Source of the DNA: Azolla caroliniana
Lineage: Eukaryota; Plantae; Polypodiophyta
Assembly: GCA_043228905.1 (NCBI GenBank)
Contig: JBHGNT010000013.1
Coordinates: forward strand, 7,874,001-7,938,000
Direction of reading: 5' to 3'
DNA length: 64,000 nucleotides
Shown in pieces: positions 11,210 to 23,505 of this stretch. A program made the translations under genes and the position numbers. Below the pieces are notes generated by a model. The model was not told the origin of the DNA. It was given only the letters and a program-made list of their open reading frames with translations, and ran no database searches. Positions within the stretch are counted from its first letter, which is position 1; each line of letters starts with the position of its first letter.

Positions 11210-14104
11210 TCATTCTTCCTCCAAAATATCGAGCACACTCCGCTTGAAGGTGTCAAGTGGTGCTTCTTCCTCCAATTCCTATTCCTTGCCTGCCTGGTCT
11301 CCGACCTCCGGTTGGGTTGGCTGTTCCGTAAAAATTTGCTGCTCCCGCTCTGCTTGATTCTGTGGTGCCGGTGCTTCCTCACCGCTCCGTCCGGGTTCTT
11401 CCTGTTCTCCCTCCGTTCCAGGCTCTGTTCTGTTACCAGTGTCGCTTTCTCCGGTCTCGATTGGTCGGCTCGGTGCACCTTCTTCCTCTGCTCCGGTGTC
11501 TTCCGGTCTCAGCTGTTCTTCTTCTCTGGCATCGGTCTGCACCTGCTCTTCTTGATTTTCTTGGAACGGAAGTTCTTCTTCAGGTATTCCTTGTCGGGGT
11601 TGTTCGGTGTCGGTTGGTTCAGCTTCAGCCGGTCGCTCTCCCTCACTTATAGTGATTGGCGTCATTCTTCCCTTGGATTCCTGTCGTAACCGGTCCTGCT
11701 CGTATTTCTCCAACTCCAACTGAGTTGCGAGCTGCCCGTCATCCAAACTCTCTACCAACCCTCGGATTTCTTTGAGATGTTCTTCCGCTAAAGCGTAGAA
11801 ATCCTCCGACAATTCTTCCCGAATGGCGACGATACTTTCTTCATTCATCTTGTAGAACTTGTCACCGGTCTTCCTCCGATTCTCGGCATCAGCTCGGAGT
11901 GTCTGCAGCTCGGCTGCCTGTTGTGACCACTCCTTCCATAGCTTTTCCGTACTTTCGTTGATGCTTGACTGAGCTCGGGTACTCCAACATGACATGATGA
12001 GCTTGATCCGGTCAACCCCCGCCTTAGTATGCGCATAAGCTTCATGCTTTTCCTTCCTTGCCCGTTTTATAATGTCGGCCATTATTTGAGCCTGGGCTTC
12101 GTAATCCGCTTTCTGCTTTTCATAGGCACTTTGCAGTTTGTTGATCGTGAAGGTCGATCTTTCCTTTTCTTCATTCCTGATCTTGGTCAGATCCAGCTTT
12201 TCCCGCCTTAGCGCCTCTAATTCCTTCCTTCTCTCCATCGCTTGGGTTATTTCCGCCGACAATGCTTCCTTTTTGGCACTGACCTCGTCCATTGTCTTAG
12301 CCAGGTCTAATCGGGTCTCTTTAAGCTGTTCTTTCAGCTTCTCTATTTGCCAGTCGTAGTCTGCTGCCCGTTTCTTGTTGTCCGACTCGGCCTGCTTGTG
12401 ATCTCGGTAGAGTCGGTCGAAGTCCTCCGTCTTCTGCTTCAGGCGTTGGCTTACCTGAGCTCTTAACCAGTCGTTCCAGTCCTTCTGTTGTCGGAGTTCT
12501 TCCTGCAGTCGTTCTATCTCCTGCTCGGCCTGTCGACGTAGTCAATCCTTCTCCTTTTGCAGCTTCTCTTTTTCTTCTTGAAGTCGGTCATTAGTGGCTC
12601 GGCCTTTCCGGAGGCCTTCTTCCATTTTCCGTCTGTCGTCCTCCACCACTTTCCGCTGCTCCCTTTCTTTTTCCCTTAATGCGTCCTGAGCTTTTAACTC
12701 CTCTCGCAAGGTTTCTATTATTTTTTCGGTCTCAGGGCCGGTTTGCAAGGCTACCGGTTCCGGTTCCGGTTCTGGTTGCTTCCTTGTTGTCCCGACCGGC
12801 TCGGTGACAACTTGTGCTTGTTGAATTCCTTCCCTCGCCTGCAACAGCTCCCCTTGCAATTCCTGGATCTGTGTTCGGAGCGCGACCAACTCCTGGGTTG
12901 TTGTATGCGTCAGGTGTTGCCTACACGTTTCTTCTTCCTCTAACTGGTCTGCTACTCCCGATACCTGCTCCGAAAGCCATCTCAGCCATTGTGGCTTTGT
13001 GCTTCTTGTGTCGGAGTAGCATTGCTCACTTCTACTCCTTAACTCAGGCTGTTTTTCCGGCGTTTTCTCTGGCTTCGGCGCTTCTTCATTCCTCTTCTCT
13101 GGCATGACCGGTTCTCTGGAGTCCGGAAAAACCGGTGCCAGTACTACTTCCACCCCGGCTACTGGAGGTGGTCCTTGCGCCCTCTGCTGAGTTCTGTCAA
13201 CTGGTGGAGCCGGTCCTCTCGCCCGTCTCTCCCGACCTTGTCTTGCTGGGAGTCTTACCAGTGGTTCGGATAAGTCTTCTGCTTCAGCTTTCTCCTCCGG
13301 TGCGGCTACTAGACGGACCTTTTGTATAAAGACCTCTGGTTCCGGTTCCGGCCGTCGCAGCGTTATATTGATTGGTTTGAGCGCTACCGGTTCCTCCTCA
13401 GCCGATTTTCCTTTGCCTTTTCCTGCCGGTTTTGCCTGTGTTGCCGGTTCCTGTTACTGTCGGGATGGTCCTTCCTCCCATTGTTCTGCTTCTTCCTGGG
13501 TCCATCTGGGGGTGTGTTTCTCCAGGATATGTCGCCGCTTTGTGACCTTTTTCGGCGTTGTCTCCTGCCGACCTCTTTTCTTTTGTTTGATGGGGAGCAC
13601 CGGTGGGACTAACACCGTTAGCCATTGTGCTATCCTGGCCCATGGCTTTTTTCCTTCCACCAGGTTCTTGATGGCCTCCTTCAATCCTTCGGTTAGGAAA
13701 TGGAACCAGTCCACTTGTAATCCTTCGTACGTTGCAATTAGGAACGTTGCCCGGTACCTGGCTATGGCCGGGGGACGAGAATTCACGAATCCGTATTCCA
13801 TCATGGCATGGGCCACTTCTCCGAACAACAGGTTCTCTCCGCCCTGTGTTTGGTATGCCTTGCTGCTGATGGAATACTCACCGAAATATTCTAACAGGAT
13901 TTGACTTGAAGGGTTTTTGATCGTTTGAAGTCCTCCTGCTTTTATCCCTGTGAGCGCCTGCACCGCTCCTTCCGTGATTTCTGATAAATCAATCGATGCT
14001 GCCGCCTGCTCTGGTTCTACGTGTGGTGGAGCGTCGGCGATCCGCAACAATCCTTCTAACCCGTTCTCCATCATCCATTGGCGTGCCTCTTCCAACAGTG
14101 CCAT
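11210..14104 (-). pseudogene. Element D extra ORF (globular N-domain plus long coiled coil), fragmented
   Basis: ORFs 13454-14104, 12542-13153 and 11279-12292 share motifs YFGEY, AYQT, AAEL..LRADAENRR, FYKM with the extra ORFs of C and E. Confidence 0.8.
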
Positions 14105-14503
14105 TGGTTCGAATTCTTCTTCTGTTGTCTGTTGTTCGGGATCGGGATGTGTGTGCGCTGCGCGTCAGATCGCTCTTTTGTGCTTCTGCGCCTGTGTGTA
14201 GGAAAATTCGTAAAAAGTAAGTCCTTCGCAGGCCTGTGTCTTATATAGTGGCTTTTGTCTCGAGCCGCCCTTTTTCGTTTCCCGCGCATGTCTATCTCCC
14301 GCCATAATTAGTATGTCCTTTCTTGCTTGCCGCGTGTGAGTAATACCTCGTACGTCGGTGCCCACGTTCTATGCTTTAAATAGCAAGTACGCGCACGTCC
14401 TCCTTTACTGCATGGTGCCTCTTCGTTGCATGGTGGCGCTCCCACCTCTTGTGATCTCCCCATCATTACTATGATTTTTTTTTTTCTGTTTGTTTGGACC
14501 ACG

Positions 14504-17500
14504 TCATTTTCTGGTCCCCCCCGATTTGTTCGGGTCGGTTCGCACCTGATCCTTCTGCCGGTTTTCCGGGATAGTCTTCGTCAGTATCAGTGTCGGTTCT
14601 TCCTCGGTCCGGATATCTGCAGCAGCGTCTGTCGGTGTCGGTTCCTCATCGTGCCGGATTTTCGGGTCTTGCTTGAACGGGTTGGCTGGCATATTTCCCT
14701 TATACGGCTTTAGCCGAAACCCATTTGCCCACTTACCGATGACTTCTCCAGACAACGTGCCGAGCTGATACGACCCATTGTACTCCTTGGTGATCCAGAA
14801 CGGTCCGGTCCACCGAAACCGCAACTTTCCCGGCATGTTCCCCATCCGTGTCTGGAACAGTAGCACCGGTTTCCCGACTTCGAACTCCTTTTCGTTGCCA
14901 CGCCGGTGTCGGTCCACGAAAGCTTTTCTCCTCCTTTGCTCTTGTTCGAGTTGTAGTAAGCTGGCTATTCGGTTTTCTTCTAATTCCAACAACGTCGCCA
15001 GCCGGATTCGTTCGAACTCCTTCTCACTTAAGCGCTCCTTTACCTGGATCCGTAAGCTGGGGATCTGGAACTCTACCGGCATGACCGCTTCTAAACCGAA
15101 TGCTAGTCGGAACGGGGTTGTCCGGATGCTGGTTTTGTACGTTGTTCGGTACGCCCATAGCGCGCTCTGCAATTTCGTATCCCAGTCGGTCCGGTTCTGG
15201 TTGATGATTTTTCGTAGGATGTTCTGCAGAGTTTTGTTCGTCGATTCCGCTAGTCCATTGGCTTGAGGGTAGTAGGGAGTACTCCTTTTATGTACCACCG
15301 CGTAAAATGACGTCAGGCTTTCTACTACCTGCCCGAGAAAGTGTCCTCCTTGGTCACTTATAAGCTCGATCGGGCATCCATACCGGCACCATATGCACTC
15401 GTACAGGAACTTTGTCGTGGACGCGGCCGTGTTGTCCCGTAAGGCCTTCGCTTCTACCCATTTGGTGGAATAGTCGCTCGCCACTATGACATACCGATTT
15501 CCGGTTTGCATTGCCGGTGGCTTGAAGGGACCGACAAAGTCCAAACCCCACTTTTGAAACGGTTCCAATGGCAAGACCGGGTGGTGTGGCATCCGGGCCT
15601 GCTCCGTGGGTTGGCCTAGTCGTTGACACAAATCGCATTCTCTGCTATACTTCACGGCATCTTTTAGGGTGGTGGGCCACCACAGTCCGCTCTGCCATAT
15701 TTTCCGAGCGGTTGATCGCCGGCATAATGCCCGCCGGCAAGTCCACAGTGGGCTTCCCTGAGGATTAGATCCTTCTCATGGCTCCGCACTGCTCGTCTCC
15801 AGATGCCATCTGCCCCCTTGTGATAGAGGGTGTCTCCAACCAAGCAGAAATGTCTGCTTCTTACTGCTACCCTTTTCCTTTCATCGCGGTCCATGTTCTC
15901 CGGGGGTACTCCAGTGCTCAGGAACTGATGCATCTCAGTTAGCCACGTGTCTTCATCGGCTACCGTTGCATCCGTTGTCGGTTCTGTCGTGATCCGGAAC
16001 AACTCGGCGTCGGGGAACTCATCCTAGACGCCGTCCCCTGCTTCTCCGGATTCGAGTCTGCTTAGGTAGTCCGCTACCGCATGCTGCGCCCCGGGTCGGT
16101 GGAAAATGTCGAATTCAAATTCCTGTAACAGCAGTGTCCATCGTGCAATTTTTCCCGTCAGGGATGCCTTCGAGACCAGGTAGAGTAGTGCCGAATGGTC
16201 GACATGGAAGGAAAACTTCCTTCTGAGCAGATAGTGCTTGTACTTTATGACACTTTACACCATTCCTAATGCCTCACGTTCCGTCGTAGAGTAGTTCCGT
16301 TCGGCTTTTGAGAGTTTCCGGCTTGCGTAGTACACTGGTCGGTACCATTTCGGCTCCGTGAGTTGCATCAGAACACTGCCGATTGCTACGTCCGACGCGT
16401 CGACGAAGACGTGAAAGCTTTTACTCCAATCCGGCGGTTGCACCACCGGAGCTTGCGACAGCATAACCTTCAACGCTTGGTAGGCTTTCTCCTCCGTCTC
16501 CGCCCATAGGAAGGGTACCCTGTGTACGGCGGTATGCAATGGTGTAGCGAAGTCTGCGAGGTGCCGTATCATCCGGCTATGCCACCTTATTTGGCCCAGG
16601 AACCGGCTTAAAGCCTTTGCGTTATTTGGTGCTGGTGCCTCGAGAATCGCCTTTACTTTATCCGGATCTACCGCGATTCCTTCCTTACTCACCATGTGCC
16701 CTAGTAAGTTGCCGCTTGCCACTCCAAAGACGCACTTGGCCGGGTTCAGACTCAACCGGTACTCGCGGCACTTCTCCAAGCACAGCCGGAGGTGATCGAG
16801 ATGCTCTCCGTGCCGACTGTAGACCGCGAAATCGTCAAGGAAGACCTGCATAAAACCAGGGATATATTCCCCGAAAATTTCCATTATTATCCTTTGAAAG
16901 GTCGTTGGGGCCTTCTTTAGTCCGAACATCATCACGACCGCGACGAACACTCCCCATTCTGTAACGAACGTTGTCTTCTCCTGGTCGGCCGGGTTCATTT
17001 GTATTTGGTTGTAACCGCTAAATCCATCCAGGAAGCTGTAAACTTCGTGGCCGGCTACCGCATCTAACACCCCATCCGTAAATGGTAGTGGAAACGCATC
17101 GGTCACTGTTGCGGCATTTAGTTTCCGGTAGTCCACGCATACCTGGATTTTACCGTTCTTTTTCGGGACCACCACTATCGGACTCAGCCAGGTTGCCTGC
17201 TTGACCGGTCGGATAAATCCGACCCGGAGGAGCTTATCAATCTCCTCCTTCACCTTCGCTGCATAATTCGGATTCATCCGGTACCTGCGTTGAGCGATCG
17301 GTTTCGCGTCCGTACTTAGGTGAATTTGGTGCTGATAGAGCTGGGGGTCCAGCCCTCGCATGTCTTCGTACGACCACGCGAACACATCCTTGAAGTCTGT
17401 TAATAATGCTACCATTGCCTTCTTTTCTTCCTTCGGCAATTCCTTTGCGACATTTATTGGTCGGGGCTAGTCTGTTGTGCCGAGGTCCACCTCCTCTAGT

Positions 17501-18004
17501 TGGGATGCTTTTACCCTCTGGGATATCGTCATTTCCCTCTCTAGGGATTCCTGCGCTTGTCGCAGTTCGCGGATCGCCGCTTGGTCCGGTTCGTCCGGCG
17601 TCGTGATGTACGGTTCTACTACCGCCGTGATATCCACCTCAAATAGTGGGACGATTCGTGGGTGTTCCTCGAGGTACCGATTGACTTCCTCGTCTGGTAA
17701 TCCCTCCAACATGTTGATGCTTTCCGCATACAATGGAGTTGCTTCCTTACTGGCGATCACCCGTGGTTGCGTCGTTACTCGTACCTTTGTTTTCCCTCGC
17801 CGGAATGTGATCATGTTCTTTTGCCAGTTCTGCTTGATATGCGCCGTTCGCAGCCATGGTCGTCCTAGCAGTAGGGAGTAGGGGGTGCGCGCTTTGTACA
17901 TTCAACTGCAGCACCACGGCCGATATCCGGAATACGTGGCCTCCGATCATTACTTCCAAATCCCGGATAAGCCTAATCGGTCGGATTGAGCTAGTATCCG
18001 CCAT
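14504..18004 (-). pseudogene. Element D pol: protease C-terminus, RT, RNase H, integrase
   Basis: DVFAWSYEDMRGLD, CVDYRKLN, FLDGFSGYNQI, VFLDD, FVDASD, WGLDFVGP, SDQGGHF, PQANGLAE, WTGPF. Confidence 0.95.
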
Positions 18005-19440
18005 GCGTAACCAGAAGGGGCATGGTTCCCATTCCCAGATGCCCAGATTGTCGCAGCCGTGCTAACGGCAGCACCATTTGACAGTCCTGTAGCACTTGCC
18101 ACGTCGGGTTTTCTCCTGGATGTATGATTTCTTCGTCTTTTGGCATATTTTGGTCTTTTACTTCTGCCGCATTCTGTTCATTGGCCTCCTTGATCCATTG
18201 CGCCGCTTGTTTTCTGATTGCCTCCTTGGCTTCCCACTCGGCGGTCTTTCCCTTTGACCGGGTTGTGACCTGCTGTACTTCTGTTATTTCGGTTGTAACC
18301 ATGTTGACTGTCGGCTGCTTGTCATTGGTTTTGCTTGGGCATTGGTTACTATAATGGCCCTCCTTACGGTAGTAATAACAGTACACCTTGTGACTGTTGC
18401 TCGTTTCTCCTTTGTCCCCGGTTTGGAGGGTGGGTATACTTCGGCGGTCGTCTTCGGTTTTTCGGTTATCCGGTACTGATACCGGGTTGTCATTCCTTGC
18501 TGCCTCCCAACGTTCCTCTCTTCGGAAAAATCCACGCTTCTGATTCCGTCGGAAATTTCGGTTCCCTTGTCGCCTCTCTTCTCTGCGTCGTTCGTATTCC
18601 GGGGATTCGTCTCGGTCGTACCGGTCCCGGGGGTAGCTATCTCTGCGTTTCTCCTCTCGGTCATCGTTATCGCGTCTTCTATCAACGTATCTGTTACCGC
18701 GTTCGCGTTGGTAGCGGTCGTCTCTTCGGAATCGATCCTCATCCGGGTTCTGATTGCGCGGTTCTATGTGTCGAACCGGTGCTGCCTGCCGATTTAACAG
18801 GTTATATTCGCATCGGTCCGTTGTATGGGCTCGAGAGTTGCAGATCATACACTGTGTCCGCAGGGTGCAGTCTACCGTTGAGTGGCCCGAATTTAGGCAT
18901 GTTGTGCATTGTAAGGCCTGTCGGTATCCGCTCCTTCGGTTCCTTCGCGGGTGTTGTCGGTATCCGCTCCTTCGGTTCCTTCGTGGGTGTTGTCGGTATC
19001 CAGTGAGCCTCCCTCGGTGATTGCCGATCACCGAACTCCAAGGTTATTTCTTCCTCTGGCTCCGGTGTTACTGAGTCTTCCGACTCCTCTTCCCCCGGGT
19101 CGTTTGGTGTGTCGTGGCTGCTTTTATACCGGGACGCAACGCTTTTGTCACTTTCCGACTCCGGCTCAAGTGTTGCGAATGCTTCCGAGTCCCCGTCGCC
19201 ACCGGCAAGTGTCTGTAGTATCGTTTCCGCCTCTTGCAGGCTTGTTATGCTACTGTCTTCGTCGGGGACTTGCAGAACCCGGAACTGCAGTGCTTCTTCT
19301 ACGACTCTCCGAAGAGTTCTGGAGAATGACCGATCTCGCCGGATCTCGTCGATGGCTTGCTGCAGGGCTTCCCGTCGTTGCTCTCGTTCAGTGTATCGTC
19401 TCCCTCGTTCGGTGATGTGGTCGTCGTTTGGTCTAGACAT
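17991..19440 (-). pseudogene. Element D gag, internally deleted
   Basis: Tandem CCHC knuckles CTTCLNSGHSTVDC and CMICNSRAHTTDRC, an RD-rich tract and a third degenerate knuckle; the capsid region present in C is missing. Confidence 0.8.
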
Positions 19441-19470
19441 CCATCCCCCGGTTGTCCTCTGCACTTTGCA

Positions 19471-19487
19471 TCCCATCGTGGTCGCCA
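19471..19487 (-). promoter_or_regulatory. Element D PBS (tRNA-Arg-like, probably UCG)
   Basis: Sense TGGCGACCACGATGGGA, 6 nt after the 5' LTR; resembles the complement of the recalled plant tRNA-Arg(UCG) end. Confidence 0.75.
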
Positions 19488-19493
19488 AAATAG

Positions 19494-19882
19494 TGTTGTC
19501 TGCCTGGCCGGACTAGCCTCAACACAGGTGTCTATCCGACACTTCTCCAAAGGGGTGGTAAGGATTGGATGCTAGGTTACACGCGTAAGATGATTACAAT
19601 AAGCACAGACGGTAAAACAATACAAAGATAAAGATAAACACGCAATAATTATATTTGTATTACTTCCGTAAAGCATTTACAAATCATCGGATCCTTTTAT
19701 AGGCATCCGGCAAGGTTACAATCGGTGCGCTTAGGCAACAGGCATCCGAATCGGTCCGGATCCGGATTGGTACAACTGTACCGGATCCGTCCCTCCGAAT
19801 AATAATTATACTATTATTTACTTCCTATTATCCGATCCGACTCCGCCTTCCCACTTGTCCTTGCTCTTCTGACCGGCCAACA
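19494..19882 (-). repeat. Element D 5' LTR
   Basis: Direct repeat of 10771-11159. Confidence 0.95.
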
Positions 19883-19887
19883 AGGAA

Positions 19888-21080
19888 TACCACGTCGAGT
19901 GGTGGTAAAGAAAGAAGAGCAAGAGACGTTGATGACCGAATTCCACAAGAGTGCTTGGGCAGGTCATAGAGGAACATGGGCGACGTTCGAAAAGTTGAAG
20001 GAGAAGTATTGGTGGCCAAGCATGTACAAAGATGTACTCCATTTCGTGTCCACATGCGAAACTTGCTAAATATATTCGAATATACGTCATCGTGATGAGT
20101 TAAAGCCGACATACCCACTCACCATACACTTCAAATGGATGGTGGATCTGGTCTTGATGCCAATGGGAGTGGGATAAATGAAGTACTTAGCGCTGGCAAG
20201 GGAAGACTTGACAAATCAAGTGGAAGGACGAGCCTTGACAAATAAGACGACTTCAGCCGTTTGCAAATTTCTACTTGAAGATGTTGTTTGCCGATATGGA
20301 TGTGTAGGGAAGATAGTGACCGACCGAGGGGAGTTGGACGCGCACGAAGCGACGGAGCTCTTCGAAAGACTAGGCGTGAAGCTCTCCCTCACGATTGCCT
20401 ACAATCCGGAAGCAAATGGGAAGATCGAGCGAGGGCATGGACCTATCGTTAAAGCCATCGTACGGGCATGCAACGGTCGAGTCAGGAATTCGCCACGACT
20501 ATTACCCTATGCCTTGTGGGCCGATAGAACGACACATAGCTCGGTGACAGGGTATATGCCGACGGAGCTTATGTATGGACAAAAGCCGATTATGCCCATC
20601 GAAAGGACGATCGCCTCATGGGTAGCGATGCCGTGGGAGAACGAGATGAGCCAAGAAGAGTTCTTAGCGGCGCGGATAAGGCAACTTGAAAGAAGACCTG
20701 AAGATTTAGAAAAAGCGCGAAAGATGATAAAGGCAGCCTGAGTAAAGAACAAGGTTCGGTTCGACAACACGCATCGACTTCGTCCCAAGAAGATTGAAGA
20801 AGGGGATTGGGTTTTGGTTTACGATAGCACCCTTGACAATCAACACAATACAACAAGGAAATTCGCAAGAAGATGGTTCGGGCCGTATGTGGTGACAAGT
20901 GCCAACGATAATGCCACATACCACCTTGCGGAACTAGACGGATCAAGGTTGGTCGTACCCATTGCGGGAAAAAGAGTAAAGATTTTTAAGAAAAGACAAG
21001 ACAAGGATCCTAACCTCGATTACCTCGACGATGAACATAATAGGGTGGATGTAAATGAAGACATGGAGGAATCTAATTGA
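19888..21080 (+). pseudogene. Element A integrase (resumes after D)
   Basis: VTDRGE, YNPEANGKIERGH, ALWADRTT, RWFGPY. Confidence 0.92.
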
Positions 21081-21140
21081 TCATCGTAGCCGAAATCTCA
21101 CTTTCTCTCTTCTTGGCACGTACCGGAGGACGTGCGGTTT

Positions 21141-21152
21141 GGTGGGGGTGGA
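21141..21152 (+). promoter_or_regulatory. Element A polypurine tract
   Basis: GGTGGGGGTGGA directly before the 3' LTR. Confidence 0.8.
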
Positions 21153-22401
21153 TGTCGTGAAGATTTTCGGCAATAGTGTAAAAATCCCATAAAACGTACG
21201 AAATCGAGTATGAATCACATAATACAATAATTGTGAAGATAACATTTTAAATCAATTTAATATCTAAGTACAAAATGATGGAGGTTTCGAATGCACTTTA
21301 TTACACGAGAAACGGACAACTAAATGTCAACATATGAGGGTATAAAGTTTGTGAAAGGAAAAGAGAAAATTGTGAGATATCCCACATAGGCACGACAAAT
21401 ACGGCTCTCATCATATATAAGGTAGAGCAAAAGATATTATCTTTGTGTCTATGTGTGGAGCATAGAGAGTTCAAGGTAACTTGAACTAAGAGTGGAGGTG
21501 GGCTAGCTACTCGTAAAGGGTTTTGGCCAACCAAAACCGGACCAACGATGGAGCCGATGATCCGACGGCACCGGTATCCGCCGGTGAGACGACGGCATCC
21601 GGTGCGTCACCGGTATCCAGCGGCAACCGACGACGGCATCCGGCTGCAGCACCGGTATCCGGCGGCAACCGGCGGCAACCGGCGACGACATCCGGCGGTG
21701 GTGAGACGACGGTATCCGGCGGCATCACCGGTATCCGGCGGCATCCGACGACGGCATCCGGCGACGGCACGGGTATCCGGCGGCAACTGACAACGGCATC
21801 CGGCGAGGCACCGGTAACCGACGGCATTCGGCGACGGCACGAGTATCCGGCGGCAACTGACAACGGCATCCGGCGAGGCACCAGTAACCGACGGCATCCG
21901 GCGACTAGAGTCAATTGGCTTACCATTAAGCCATGCTATTTAGTTGAAATTATATTTCTATCATTGTACTTTTAGATGTAAATTCTCATACATGAGAGCT
22001 AAAATGAGTGACATGGTTATCATGCACCACATGTAATACATAAGCGCCAAATGGCAAACATGCAATTTATGCATGTCTTGTACCCTCACATGCATCATAT
22101 GCATGAGAGCATCTATAAAAGAAGGAAGGGGGAGGAGAAAAAAGGACGGTTTTTTTTATGAAAATTAAGAGGAAGAAATTCGTTATCAAATTGATCGTGT
22201 AACTTGTTTCTTAAATCTAAAGTTAAAACTTCAATCAATCTCTCTCAATCGTGTGATCTCAACATCTCTCTTTCCCAATCTATCTTAAGTACTTTCTTGC
22301 TAAAGCTTACGCCAAAGCTTGTACCGACTTTGAATCCTTCCGGTCCAGAACCCCGGCGGTTCCGCCTCACGATCCGTGCGTAGTGACGGATCTTCACGAC
22401 A
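21153..22401 (+). repeat. Element A 3' LTR (1249 bp) with longer minisatellite at ~21540-21905
   Basis: Direct repeat of the 5' LTR with extra repeat units and an extra ~160-bp segment. Confidence 0.95.
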
Positions 22402-22429
22402 GAGTTGCAGTCGCTTGGAGTAGTAAGAA

Positions 22430-22865
22430 TGTTAGAGTGATGATTTGACATAAGCAGATGATAAAGATAAAAGATATATCAAATAAGAAAGGAGAGAGAG
22501 AAAGAAGGGTGCCGATCCACCCAACCACCCCTAAGCGAAGGGATCGAGATGGACTCGAGCCTCGATCAACGTCCCATACCACCGTCGTGGCATCGAGTCG
22601 TACCTCGTGTTGGCGCGCTCGCTACAATAGTTGACCCACCACGAAACAGAGTCTCGACGTAGTCAAGAGATGATGAAATGAGGGTACTTAGGCCTCATAT
22701 TTATAGTGAGACCCAAGGCCCCTAGGCAAGTTCACACTTGGCCTAATGGGCCTAAAAGTAATCCTCCCTTCTTTACAATCTCATTTAACCCTCACACTTA
22801 TCCTCGTGTATAGAATACTACGATAAATTCTCACCACAGGTTATTATATGGTCATGCCCGTAACA
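22430..22865 (-). mobile_element. Solo LTR (436 bp), family not otherwise seen in the window
   Basis: TGTTA...TAACA; perfect 5-bp TSD AAGAA; interrupts copia WSSK|KKPTIALSS; TATAAATA on the minus strand. Confidence 0.9.
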
Positions 22866-22870
22866 AAGAA

Positions 22871-23505
22871 AAAACCGACAATAGCACTATCGAGCACCGA
22901 GACCGAGTATCAAGGAGTGGTTGTCATGACATGCGAAGCCATATGGCTACAAAGGCTTCTCAAGGATCTGCGAGTGGAGGTGTCTGATCTGACGATGATC
23001 TATTGCAACAACCTCAACAACATCCAAATGGAAAAGAACCCCGTCTTTCATGCTCGGAGCAAGCACATTGAGGTGCACTATCATTTTGTCTAAGAGTGCG
23101 TTCTCTTCGGTGAAGTGGAACTACTACATTCTCTGACGGATCGGCAAAGGGACGATATCTTCACCAAACCCCTAGGCTTAGACAAGTTACGGAAATTTTC
23201 CGGTGCACTGGGTGTGCAATACCTCGATATGCAAAACTAGAGGGGGAGGAATGGAAGAGGAATGAGAAAGATGGCCGGGAAGCCGAGTCGGAAACCGATT
23301 TCGACTTCGGCCCGATTGAAGAAATTGGACTGCACGGAACCGCTTAAGAAGCTGAGACCGGACGCAGGGGGAGCCACTGGAACGGAGAGACCGAGCAGAG
23401 CCAAGAAAGGAAGGAAGATCAAGACACAGATGTGGGCCACTGTCGTCAAAGGTTTGGGAATCAAACACGGATTGGAGACAACCAATTCGCACAAGAGCTA
23501 GAACG
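22871..23505 (+). pseudogene. copia1 RNase H plus charged 3' extension
   Basis: ALSSTETEY, NPVFHARSKHIEVHYHFV; extension motif MWATVVKGLGIKHGLETTNS. Confidence 0.85.

Larger units (their letters stand above)
10771..19882 (-). mobile_element. Ty3/gypsy element D (non-chromovirus, Athila/Tat-like) with extra 3' ORF
   Basis: 389-bp LTRs 10771-11159 and 19494-19882 (TGTTG..CAACA, about 8 differences by eye); perfect 5-bp TSD AGGAA; gag-PR-RT-RH-INT on the minus strand. Confidence 0.96.
5258..22401 (+). mobile_element. Ty3/gypsy element A (tRNA-Trp PBS family), full length, interrupted by D
   Basis: LTRs 5258-6215 and 21153-22401 with a 12-bp terminal inverted repeat TGTCGTGAAGAT/ATCTTCACGACA; 4-bp TSD GCGT/GAGT; removing it restores copia GSVAVAWSSK. 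Confidence 0.95.

Noticed and set aside
11162-11260. A complete tRNA gene next to the D 3' LTR
   Set aside because: Only the T-arm and 3' acceptor strand are present; upstream is the end of the extra ORF, with no D or anticodon arm.
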